A stretch of DNA of 59,236 nt, the filler included, from Sphacelaria rigidula (lineage: Eukaryota): NCBI GenBank assembly GCA_964200075.2. It is 8 parts of 8 records of this genome, joined end to end, with 100 filler letters (N's around TTAATTAATTAA, not from the genome) between each part and the next. Parts side by side here need not be neighbours in the genome. Positions count along the whole stretch, not along the records: positions 44,505 to 51,820 come from CAXNAA020015477.1; positions 51,921 to 59,236 come from CAXNAA020015478.1; 6 more parts are not named here. One strand, written 5' to 3'. Positions within the stretch are counted from its first letter, which is position 1; the number at the start of each line of letters is the position of its first letter. The notes below the pieces were generated by a model. It was not told the origin of the DNA. It saw only the letters and a list, made by a program, of their open reading frames with translations, and did not search any database. The translations under genes and the position numbers were made by a program. Shown here in pieces: positions 48,085 to 59,236 of this stretch.

Positions 48085-51000
48085 GTGAGTTTAGGTGTAA
48101 AGAAGGTAAAAGCCTAGGTGCGGGGAGCGGATGCAGGAGGGTGGGGAGAGAAGACGTTGCGTAGTCACCAATTGATGGAGTCAAGGATGGAGATGATTTT
48201 GTGCTACCATAAACAGTTTTGATGCTTTATCGCTCACCGTGCTGTTTTTTTTTGGCAACGTCCTCCTCGAAATAACGAGGCGCGGTGGATTTAACATACA
48301 CCGCAACTTCGGTGGAACCTTCGGTGATACTCTGTTGCGGTAGAACATTCGCATAGTTCCGTAATGCAAGACACCTGGATGCGATCACATCGCTGTACCG
48401 CGGCGGCGAAAAATCTAATGTGTCGGTTGTACCAACATGATGATTCCACCATGAGGACTCGTGCTGAGCGAGCGCAGCGACTGGGAGCACAGACAGCATA
48501 CACTCTATCCGCAGGATCCGCAGGAGTTGTCAAAGTAAGAGATGGCCTGTGTCGCAGTCATGCTGGGTACCAAATCAACTTGTCAACCTCAGTGTCGATT
48601 ACCCATCGATCACAAACGTTAGATTGCCTGGTCCCTTCGAAATGGAGATCTGTGTGTAATAGGTGTACACAGAGCGCCTGAATGATGACTGCGTGTTGCG
48701 TTTTACGGTTTGGGTCGTCATGCAGAAAGTGAGGTGGGAACGATCAGCTTGGGCAGCCATGAAACTGATGTTTAACCCTTGGTCACGAGCCTCGTCTCGG
48801 AACAGGTTTGGGGCAACAATCCCCGTGGATCAATCCTTTGAGTGTCAGGTTGAGTTATCCAGACCCTGGGCAAAAGATTACAGGGTCAAAAAGTGTGCTG
48901 CGAACGGTATCGACTATTGCGCCTATTGCAATCGATCCCATACTGTACGCAGTAAACTTTTGAACGATTTAATCAGTTTTCAAGGGTGTGGAGTTATCTG
49001 GTATTAGTCATTTATCAAGTGAAACTGGAGCAATATCAATGATTATCCACACTGGCGTTCAGTGGTTGAAAAGGGCGATGTACCCTGTTGAGACGCGGAG
49101 GCGGGTCATGTTCGAAGACTCGTGGAACCGTGGAACTTCGGGCACACCTCCGGAGGAAATTACGCACCAATGAAATTAATGGACGCAGTAAAGACTTCCC
49201 CTCAGCGTACCGGAGACTGCACTGCAGAAATGCAGACCAGCTTGCTTGCTTGGAACGTGCATCAGAAGGGAGCCTTTGGCGCAGCTTTTGCAGCCTTTCC
49301 CCGCCTTTCTTGCTGAGGGGTTGCAAACAGTAGGACACTACAATCGTAAATAGATGTAGGAGCTGAGGGGCATTTCTCATTTAATTTGTTTTCGATCGAA
49401 AAAGTGCGGTGGAAGACGAAAATTCTGATTTGATATATCGTCATTTCAACATTAATGACATGGATATGAGTGATTGAATTTTTCTTCTTACCTATAGTTT
49501 CATGACTACAGCATGCAAAATAGTGAGCCCCCCCCCCCTGTGTGACTGTGTGCGCGCGCGTGTCTATTCATGTTGCATAAAGCAAATGTTGTTGTCCTCC
49601 GTTGTTCATGTCCCTTGAATAATGTCCATCATCTAAACTGGAGTACAACGTTGATGGTCTGTATGTATGTCTGCTTGCCTGAACTTGAATGACCTGGACA
49701 TGAGTGACCATAATTTCTCTTCTCTGCGCGCTTTTTCGATCGAAAGCAAGTTTGGTAGGGCACGGCCTGAGTGTGGAAAGCAATGTCAGGCTGACTGTAC
49801 ACCGTTATGTGATCGCTGACAGAGTATAGATGAACCGCGGTGACTGTACTGACTTTGCTAGAAGGAAAACATTCTTGAGTAGTGCACCACCAAAACATGC
49901 TCAAGGTGCGCCAAGCACTCCTTGGAAAGATATCGCAATTGTATCAACGCAGTTAGAGCGTCAATGTTTTCTTATACGAGTACGGTAATTGTAGCTGAGC
50001 GTACTTCACTAGTTCCCAATGAACATTATACTCATTAAACGAAAACATATTAAGCGTAAAATATGGCCTCGGAAAAGAGACAGGCGTGCTGTCGTACCCT
50101 CGTGTTTTCGACTCCACGCCCAAATATCCCTCCGTCCATCCTCCGATTGGGCGTGTTGGTGCCACGGTGATTCTAGCACAAGAAAATCAGTACTCTGATG
50201 TGCCGGTTCGAGCTCCATCGCAGCAAAAAGAGTTGACTCTACAGTGAGTGAACACGGCCGTTACGCTTGTTCATTACGCCGCGTTTTTTTTAAAACAAAA
50301 TTCGCCCAAGATTTGGAACTTGGAATCCTTACTCCGCGAGGGTAGGTAATCTGGCCAGGCGATCATTTGTCGAATGGAATTTATGCTGATTCAACAGATG
50401 TCCTACGCCCGCGGTCAAAGAGTTAGCTCCATTGGCCACATCCTCCCCATCGGATAAACTGACATCAACGCTCCTTGTACCCGTCTTGTGATCAGATACC
50501 CCGTGATTTTCGAAGTGCATGCCGCCCATTGGTGTGGTAGCACTACATTTGCGTTAATTTTATGTGATGATTAATCCACCAGGATTTTGTCACTTCTCTT
50601 ACACCCCTCTACACCCCTTCCGCGCTTCCTTCCTGTTTTGGATATTTGATTGATTGGCAGTGATAAAATACCTCCATTTGATAAATGGATGTTTTCTTCG
50701 TTGTCAGGAATCCCCTTCCCCCCAAACCTCAGAATTGCTGCTCCACGAAATACACACTCCATGTTGAAGCAGGTTGTGGTCTCGTATCAGTCATCATCCA
50801 TGAGTCGTTTTTTTTTGTTTGGTGTTCGTTCCCCTTGTAGCGTGCATACTATCTTGTTCTCGTTTTCCCTGTTTGTCTCCTTCGTTTTGTTTTGTGTCTC
50901 TTCAGTTTTAATCTGTCTGCTTATTCAATATTTCTATCTTCACCCGTTTTCGAGTTCCCTATAGCGACTGTCCTTGGTTCTGTGTGTCCTGGGTACAGCT

Positions 51001-51213
51001 ATCTCGTGACCAACCACACGATTTGATTCTTTGGAAATAAAGTGACCTGCGACGATTAATCAATACTGATAAAGCCATTATCCTCGACGAATCGTGTTCT
51101 AAATTTCAGGTATACCCTTTCCCCTTGCCCCCCCCGCGCCCCCTCCTCCACCCCCGCCCCTCCCTGGTGCCCCTCTTAAACCGAAATGAAAAAACACATT
51201 CCATAACTTGCAG

Positions 51214-51455
51214 AGTTTTCGAGTTTCGGAAGGATGAACGAAGGGGCGCAGGTGTCCGTGCCGAAGTCCGACGAGTCTCGCGCCTTGCTCATGGCCGCGT
51301 TGGCGGAGCATTTCTTGTTCGCGCAGCTGCAGTCGACCGATCTTGCTGCCTGCGTGGACGTGATGGGCGAGTTGGAGTGCTCGGGGGGGCAGGATGTGGT
51401 GGTGCAGGGGGAGCAGGGCAAGATATTCTTCGTGCTCGAAGAGGGAGGCGCTGAG
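51214..51455 (+). CDS. cNMP-binding protein (PKG / PKA regulatory subunit-like), exon starting CNB domain A
   Basis: ttgcag|..VPKSDESRALLMAALAEHFLFAQL..CVDVM..GQDVVVQGEQGKIFFVLEEG.AE|gtgag. Confidence 0.88.
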
Positions 51456-52543
51456 GTGAGCAAGATGAAGCAACGAAAAGACAAGGAGATATTGGAAGAA
51501 ATGGGCAGAAAAACGCAAGGAGACAAGGAATTGGAGCACTGGGACTTGATCATAACTGTTGAAAAGAAGGCAAATTATTAAATCGCCCCATGTATATATA
51601 TGTGTGTATTTTTAGTGTATAAGCACATTGACGGGGCTTGGAAGAGGGGGGGTGTACTCATGGCCTTGCATGCTGTAGTCACATGACCATTTACCTCGCA
51701 TCCTTACAAAGCCGAGACGGGGCACGCCGGGTTCTCGCCGGACCACGGGATGGGGGGGGGGGGGGGGGCGGACTCTTTTTTTTCTTGCCTTGGGCGTTTT
51801 AACATTGACAAAGGGCCCTTNNNNNNNNNNNNNNNNNNNNNNNNNNNNNNNNNNNNNNNNNNNNTTAATTAATTAANNNNNNNNNNNNNNNNNNNNNNNN
51901 NNNNNNNNNNNNNNNNNNNNCCCAGTACCAATGTACCGCGCAGATATCGGAACGGCTTTTTAATGTGAAGACAACAACAGGCAAACTTCAAATGCGGGGG
52001 AGTTTCAGACGGGAGGGTCAGGTGGATTAGTTCGCTGTGGAATAGTCGACCTCCAGGCTTTGAATGGGAACGTCAACACTCACATTACGCGACTTGATTC
52101 ATGCAAGAATGCTTTTGCAGCCACGATCAGAGGCTTATTAGAGAAATGGGCAAGCCTTCTGACTTCCTGAATCGCTTGTTCTCGTGTTTCCCCCTCACCA
52201 TCCCATCGGTCATTGGAGGACGGCGTTTGCGACGACGGGATCTTCGACCGCGAGGTTGGATCATCTGTTAACTGGAACATAACTTTTGCTGAAGAAGTTG
52301 AAGATCGATATGATTCAATCCCTGGGGAATCGAGGGCTAGGTGATGAAATTTATACCGGCTGTCGAACCTGACAAGCACGAAGCCACCTACTGCGGAATC
52401 GGGGTTGTGGGGAAGTTTTTTGTGGTCCCCATAAATCACCAGTGTATACTCAGTTCGTACATTATGAACACACGTAAAGCTGGAGACATTACTTCTTGCT
52501 GTATGTTATCGCAGTTTACCGATGTCGGGCCGTACAACCAAAT

Positions 52544-52907
52544 AGTAGGGTTCAGAATTTTTCGGTTGTCGATATATCTCGAGACGTCCTATTTTTCCTC
52601 GTCTCAATTTGGAACCCTTCCCTCCCTCGACGATGCGTGGTGTCAGGAGATTGGCACATTCGTCTCAGGTGCACACATTACATTTTGATCTCGTGCACGA
52701 GCATTCCCGCACGGGATGTTTTCGTCGAACCCATCTATTCCTCACGCCCTACACACATACCCTGTCGACTGTGAAAATTAGATACTTTGAAACCGCACCG
52801 GGAGTCAAAATCATGTCCGCCTCACCCTACTGGGCACTATTCGGACCATGACACAACGCGGGAGCGGCGGTTGCTTGCACACAAACCGAAAAATTCTGAA
52901 CCCTACT
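52544..52907. mobile_element. MITE with perfect 24-bp terminal inverted repeats
   Basis: agtagggttcagaatttttcggtt at 52544-52567 and its exact reverse complement at 52884-52907. Confidence 0.8.
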
Positions 52908-54136
52908 TCGCAAAAGCCCGTCCGGTGACTGGTGCTCATTTTCATCAGTAACAAAAAAACAATTCTGAAGCCTTTTCAAAAGCCCGTCCGGTAAGAAATC
53001 AAATATGCAAATATGTGTCGAGGCGAGGAAGGGACGCTGCAACATGTCCACTCGACGACTTTATCAAGAGTTCAATGTGTACAACTGCAGCTGTCAACGA
53101 CTCCATTCTAGCCCACGGTTCCTTGACCGTGGATGACGAAGCTTCGTAGTCACGTTCGGCAGATACTTCTTCTAAAAGTGGATATCGCAGAGGGGTGGAG
53201 TAAAGCCTTTCGAGTGCGTCACCGGATTTCTAGAAAACTACAGGAACACATGCGGCACTTCCAATAAATGTAATATGCGCGTAGGAGAAGTTGAATAATA
53301 CAGCCGAAAAAAGTCATGACTTAGGCCTTCATACCATCATCACTGAGGGACGGGTCACTTGTTGAGGTCTGAAGAAAGCTTTTCAAGGCCAGTACTCCAA
53401 GTATGTACAGCAGTGCACAGGGCCGTGTTTGCATCGTGACTCGTGACAGGCCGCATCCCGCGAGTTGATATGTGGTCAGCCGTACCCCAGAGCAGATATC
53501 GCAGTGGTCATTGTGATGGGACTTGAAGTCAAAGGGACGCACGTGGGGGTCAGTTGTGCCACGCGTACAGCCATCGCCACATCCCAAGCACTAATACTTG
53601 AATTTCATGAGCAAAGGTGGCGCGTCCAGTGACGCCATTTACTCCAAGTAGCAGATTGAGAAGTTTTCGTGATCACCTCCAGGACAGCCAAAACGCGTAG
53701 GTATCTAGCCCAAGAGCAAACATACACGCCACTCCAGAATACCGTACTAGCATCTGCAATTCTCATCAAGAAAAAAAACATCATGCCACTGACAGATTAG
53801 GTCATTTATTACGTCACGCACTAGTTTTTCACGTGAAATTTGTGTCGATTGATCATATGACATTTCCCTTCAGTTTTTCACGTGAAACCTGTGTCGACTG
53901 ATCCCATCACATACCCTCGTGGGGGAAGAGGATGAGGGCGGCAAGAGCCCATTACCTTCTGAGAAGCTGTGCATCACATCACGACCATGATGCACAATCA
54001 TCAACCAACCGAGGCTCATCATAGCCTCAGAGGCTCCCCGAAAAAAACCTGAACAGAAATCTACTATCGGCAAATTTACACGCACAATCCGTACCCTCGC
54101 AACATTTCAAGTCCAAGCTTGAAAAAAAAAATGTAC

Positions 54137-54681
54137 CTTTTTGCTGCACGTGAAGCATCTCTTCCGGTTTTTTTGTACAGGACGCGCTGGGATCCCTGAT
54201 GCACCCACCGCCACCGCGGCCGCCGCGCCTGCTGCACCCACCGCCCCCATATCCGCCTTCACTACACTTTCTCCGATCGCCGGCCCACCCATGACCCCGC
54301 TGCTGCCAAAACTCCTTGAAGTCCCGGCCGCACCAGGCAAATTAAGCTGTGGTGACGGCGGTACGGGTGGCGGTTGTACCGCAGATGAAGTAACGTTAAC
54401 GCCAGGTGATGCGGTGCTGGGTGTCGCTACGGCGTTCGGAGAGGGAATCGAAGAAATCTTTGTCCCTAAAATTGGCGTGGTGGTGGCCGCTGCTTGTACT
54501 GACATTGCTGTTGGCGTTACTGTCGTTGAGGTCGACGGGGCCGGGGGTGCCGCAACGGCGGCTGTGTTTTCTACGGCGCTGCCCGGGGAGGGGGAGGGAC
54601 TGTTGCGGTTGGTTGGTGTTGGCGGTTCCTGTTCGATATCCATTGCCTTCCCTAGTGGTGGTAAAGCTGTTGAATTGCTGC
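54137..54681 (-). CDS. A20/AN1 zinc-finger (stress-associated/ZFAND5-6-like) protein, exon 3
   Basis: ccacag|Pro/Ser/Thr/Ala-rich linker ending VQKNRKRCFTCSKK|gtacat, the start of the AN1 finger. Confidence 0.88.
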
Positions 54682-56108
54682 CTGTGGTCAACAAGCGTCG
54701 GGGATAAAGTGGAGCATCAAGAGTGGACGTGGGGGAAAGCATGTACGGGGGGTTTTTGTAGATGGCGGTTTTTTGTAGATGGCGGAGATTTGACTGTCGA
54801 ACTATCGGACTAGCCAGGATACAGGAGTAGCGGTATATAAATTACATATAAAAAACTATGCTGTAACACCTTGCGATCTGTTCGAGGTGAAGCGAGCTGC
54901 CATTTAGCCAACAGGTACACGGCTGTGATGGGCATGGCGAAAGCAATTAGTCAAAGGGTACCATTCCCGCGACAACATCACATCCTCGTGTAGTTGACTA
55001 AAAAATGTAACGATCCAAATGACGGAGATGAGATTTACTGTGGGCGGGCATAACGAAGATGGGCTCGACGGCAAAAGGACAAAAAGCCAGACAAAACTGT
55101 ACCGCGTGCTACAGCAGTAATTTGCACTTCACAAATTCTTGACAGAAGTGCATACACGGGCGGGGTCGGATGAAAAATGTTGTACTGCCTTGTCTTCCAA
55201 TTACAAAACTTTTGAGAAGACTCTAAGCACCGAAGGGTACATGAAGGTGAGTTCCCAACGTAAATGAAGTACCGACTTGTGCAAAAAAGGTGAATTTACG
55301 TTAGGATTTGGTGAAGCAGCTGCCATGTGTTACAAATTCAACGTGTCGCAACGCACACAAGTTTCACATCTCTGCGTTGACTCGACAGCCAAGACTCATC
55401 AATAAGGCGGGCACTACGGATGTGGCGTAAGGGGTTCTGATCTCAACCGCGTCAGCTTCAGTATCTGCAACCTACTACGACGGAACCGAACCTCAGACAC
55501 GAGAAGCCGCTGTGAAACTCATCAATTCTGGGTAAAACAGAATTGATGAAAATAATCGACGGGGTCAATCGTGTGACAATGTTGCCCCAGCAAAAAGACA
55601 GCGGACAGGTGACAAGTGAAGAGGAATGTAACGCATGTCACGTTTCCCGAAAACTGAACGCCAGTATTTACCCCTGATAAAGTGCTCCTTCATAGAGCAG
55701 TGTGTATCCTAGGGGACTGCCCTGCGCACAAGCCCTGCAGAACACAACGTCCTAAATGAAATGAAGTCGCCTCGAACAAAACTCTCTTTCTGGCAAATGG
55801 GAACACATGCACGCTGTGATTGAAGAAAAACCAGCATCGTGCATGAGGAGTGATCGCCTGATAGAGTGAGGCAACGTTTTGGAATACGCCATCACTTGCT
55901 CGCCGATATTGATAGACACGCCATTGCCATGAACTGAACTCCACGTGCAATGAAACACAAAACGTTTTGAGAGTCGATGGGCGGACAAAACCTGACAAGT
56001 TCGACCATGACAACCCGGTCGGAAACAGCATCACGGTGGAACACAACAGCAGGGTACAGTTCAAGAGTAGATCGGGCAGACACAACCTCTTCTACTGCCG
56101 TCACTCAC

Positions 56109-56197
56109 CCCCATCTTTCTTCCCTTCCGCATCGAGCATGGACTGTGACATTGTATCCTTCCAGCACTTGGAACACATATGACTTGTGCTTGATGAC
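56109..56197 (-). CDS. A20/AN1 zinc-finger protein, exon 2
   Basis: caacag|G SSSTSHMCSKCWKDTMSQSMLDAEGKKDG G|gtgagt. It completes the A20 finger, and the phases match both neighbours. Confidence 0.9.
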
Positions 56198-57058
56198 CTG
56201 TTGAATTATACATGAAGTGAAAATGATGACGACGCGCTTAAGCTCTCGCGACGTGCGCCGGTCGGCTTAATGGTGTTGTGGTCTGGACAGCAAGAAGGAC
56301 AAATAATATTTGTCCTTGTTCTAGTGTAGGCTCAGAAGCAAGTTGAGGTTCACAATACGGAGAAAAAGAGATGCCCCACGGAGGGTATCAGCAAATGAAC
56401 AGGTGAACCGAAAACATTTCAGGCGCATAATCACCGGCGCATTACACACACTAACGCCAAAACGCCGACGCGACCAAGTAGTAACCGAACAGGAGCCTCA
56501 CAGCTTGTCCGACGCTCCAGACGTGATTGTCGTTGATGAGCCCCGATCTTAAAGTATATACAAAACACCCTCACCGATGTAGGTGGGGTACCCCTCGGGT
56601 ACCGGGGAGAATCCAGGTTTTTGGTTAGTTTGGGTCAAATGGGTCGGTGTAGGTAAAGGAGAGGTGATGATCAAATCTACGGCAACTATTCCAGGCGTCC
56701 TCGGAAGAGCTTTCATAGACAACAGCACCGTGATGGGAGTGTTGTGCACGAAGGTGTTGTGCAGCTTCGTTTGAGAACTCATGTCGGGTGGGGGCGATCG
56801 AGGGCACCCAAATATAAACTTCGAGAATTGTAGCACGTCACCAAACCAGGACCTCGCGAGAACAGGGAGGTGCGGTATGTTGACTTGTTTTCTGAAAAAC
56901 TAAACCGCGCATCACATCCGATATTTTCGAAGCTGACTTATGTTCCAGAGCTCGGGCATCGTATACCCCCTCAACACGAGCCCGTCACCACGATTTACTC
57001 GATTACTCGATTTACTCCTCCTGCGGACAGATGACGCACGAGGAGCACCTCAACTCAC

Positions 57059-57126
57059 CCAAAAAAGCCGCACCCGTTGACACAGAGCTTTTGATCCATC
57101 ATCGGCGGCTGCTCCTTTTCAGACAT
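57059..57126 (-). CDS. A20/AN1 zinc-finger protein, exon 1
   Basis: MSEKEQPPMMDQKLCVNGCGFF GG|gtgagt contains the A20 motif LCxNGCGFFG. Confidence 0.9.
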
Positions 57127-57613
57127 GGTTTGCTGCCGGCTGTTTTCTCCTGCAGTCTCTCCGAATTTGCTTTCCACGTTAGTTGGGGTGTGTGCCCTTC
57201 GAGACCGATCGACAAGGAATGAAAACAATAGAAGGTCGAGTCAAGGAGATAAAACCGGTGGTGAAGGTCAACTAGCGGCACTGGTGTAGAAGTTCACCGG
57301 ATTAGAGCTCCTTGTGTAGGTGATGAGGTCGACTAGTGGGGAGGACGCGTGGACGCTGAACAGGCTGTTGGAGAAAAACGGAGAATATATACCTTATTAA
57401 GGCATGATGGTGTGTTCTATATACCCGATTCCGTCGATAATTGTTTTTTCATCAAAATATGCGCCCGTTTATTCCGGGTCCAGATCTGTGATCGAAAGTT
57501 TCAACTCTTTTTTTCGATGAACAATAAAAACAACGACAACAACAATAACACAACAACGACAATTTCAACAGACGCCGTAATAGATCAAGGCTGTATCTTT
57601 ATCAGAAGTACCT

Positions 57614-58032
57614 ATGCTGTTGATGGTTGCGAGCACCACACTGTTTGGTCATCATCTTGCCTTCTCATCTCATTGCGTGAAACGGAGCATACCCACCCTC
57701 TTCGCATCAAGTGCGCACCTACCGATCAAACCACACAACCCACGACCTTCGATCCCGAGCAAGCGTTTCCGTTCACAACACAAGAAAGATGTCACAGGCC
57801 TGTTCCTGGACCCACGTGGTCCACCAACTCAAGGAAGTCACGATTGCCATGTAGTGCACGGTCTGCCGCTGTCCCTGCGCATATCTGCGCCGGTGGCGGC
57901 ACGGCATGAACGCAAGGCTGCACGAAAGAGGCGATATTTCCGGCGTCGGCAGGCACCCATCACCAAAGGCCAGAGAAGAACACTCCGAGTGCTTTGGCCA
58001 AAGCACGGTCTGGACATGGATTTCGCTCAGAG
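57614..58032 (+). CDS. trmB: Bacterial-type tRNA (guanine-N7)-methyltransferase-like protein, exon 1
   Basis: RYFRRRQAPITKGQRRTLRVLWPKHGL resembles the proteobacterial TrmB N-terminus (SFVRRQGRLTKGQ..AL...WP..G). Donor AG|gtactg. About 100 aa of N-terminal extension. The catalytic exons were not found. Confidence 0.6.
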
Positions 58033-59236
58033 GTACTGCTACTGCTGCTTATTTGATTTTACTGTACTATTGGAGCTGACTTCAAGATCATTCCGCTGCA
58101 GGGTGTGGTCTGTGTATCATATGAGATTCGGTATTTCATGTTTTTCGCCTTTTGCAGGGTCAGTTGTACCAAGCCTTGAGCTCTGTACTGACTACCTCTG
58201 CTTGGTCTGTCGTCAGGTTCTCTGCAGTACAGAAGAAATAGTCTGTAATAATACCGTGCCGTGTCATCGAACAGATACGAACGTTCCGGTTTCGTGGTTT
58301 CCCATTATATATTGTGTCAATTTCTTTTGTTCATCTATCATGTACCCCGCTGATCAGTGACATTCACAGCATCCAAACGGGTACAGACAGGATGTCAGTG
58401 TGTATGCATGGCGTACCAGGTGGTGGTTCTCAAATACCGGATACGGAAGATTGGATGTCGGTCAAAACCGACGGGGGTAGGAGGCATTTGCGGTGTATCC
58501 CCTGCAGGATTTTTCTCATCGTTGACGACATGTACGGTCTATACCCTGTTCTCTGATTCATACAACTACTGTGGTGATGTATACATGGATCTTCGAGCGG
58601 TGTTGGGGCCTGTTTCAACAAAAAAAAATAGTGAGAACGCACTGCGAGAGGGAGAGGGGTATTTTGACGTACGACGTTTGTTTGTGTGTGTGTGTTTTCA
58701 TTTGTCCTCCAATTGTTCGCTCTTATTAGGCCGGATGTTATGGCAACAGATCTTTGGCCCACAGAATTTGAAATCCCGGTGAAAGAAATCCGCAGCAAAT
58801 TTGGTTTCGGGAACGATATTATGGCAACACACAGATTTTCACACCATACTGTTCTGATTTGTATACCTCCACCAGGGTTTCGAGTTTTATGCTTAGCGTG
58901 TTTCAACAGTTCACAGTCCCGTAGATGTTTCGTGTGTGCTGTGGCGTGCTGTAGTAATGTAGCGTCACTGCCGCAGAGAGGTCATCACCACCCCACCAAC
59001 ACCATTGCCGGTTCTTTCGAGCACATAAGTAAGCGACCATACCCCCCTCGTTCTTGCTAAAGTTGAATCCTTCATCGAAGGATCGCAGAACTACTCGCCA
59101 GACAGCGACAGTGCGCATCACATGTCTACTCTCTCAACGTCTCTGCAATGCTTTTGCCAGGAGACCGGCGAGCAAGGCGTGTCGTTTTTTGCCTCGTACG
59201 CGCGAAGCGGGCTTCATGGCGTGTCGGCTGCGGCAT

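Noticed and set aside
53440-53590. Second half of the AN1 finger (PFDFK)
   Set aside because: It lacks the CRC..FC..HR residues and a suitable acceptor.
54141-54707. 188-aa plus-strand ORF
   Set aside because: Antisense shadow of the GC-rich A20/AN1 exon 3.
58730-58850. TrmB exon 2 (FGFGN resembling EIGFG)
   Set aside because: The motif match is poor and the region contains an internal direct repeat (gat.ttatggcaaca).

Overview
Eukaryotic nuclear DNA, most likely from a brown alga (Phaeophyceae, stramenopile). This is inferred from the short GT-AG exons in multi-kb introns, roughly balanced GC and the style of the TE families. The window is not one locus. It is eight unrelated contigs (1-7318, 7419-14736, 14837-22153, 22254-29570, 29671-36987, 37088-44404, 44505-51820, 51921-59236; 7318 down to 7316 bp, size-sorted) joined by artificial N44-TTAATTAATTAA-N44 spacers. 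Host genes are partial: a CAMK-type kinase, an ABCB half-transporter 3' end, a NUP88-like gene head-to-head with HBS1, a cNMP-binding PKG/PKA-R-like gene, and an A20/AN1 zinc-finger gene head-to-head with a bacterial-type TrmB. The rest is mostly mobile DNA: a deleted Ty3/gypsy element, nested Ty1/copia elements, RTE and other LINE fragments, tRNA-derived SINEs and MITEs. Three observations stand out. (1) Several arrays have a ~42-bp period with conserved palindromic cores and variable spacers; the clearest is 37215-37592. (2) HBS1 exon 1 carries Ski7-like exosome-binding motifs plus a candidate in-frame internal intron. (3) An intact ~1.1-kb orphan ORF runs antisense next to a PPT/LTR junction. 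All calls were made by eye, without database searches.
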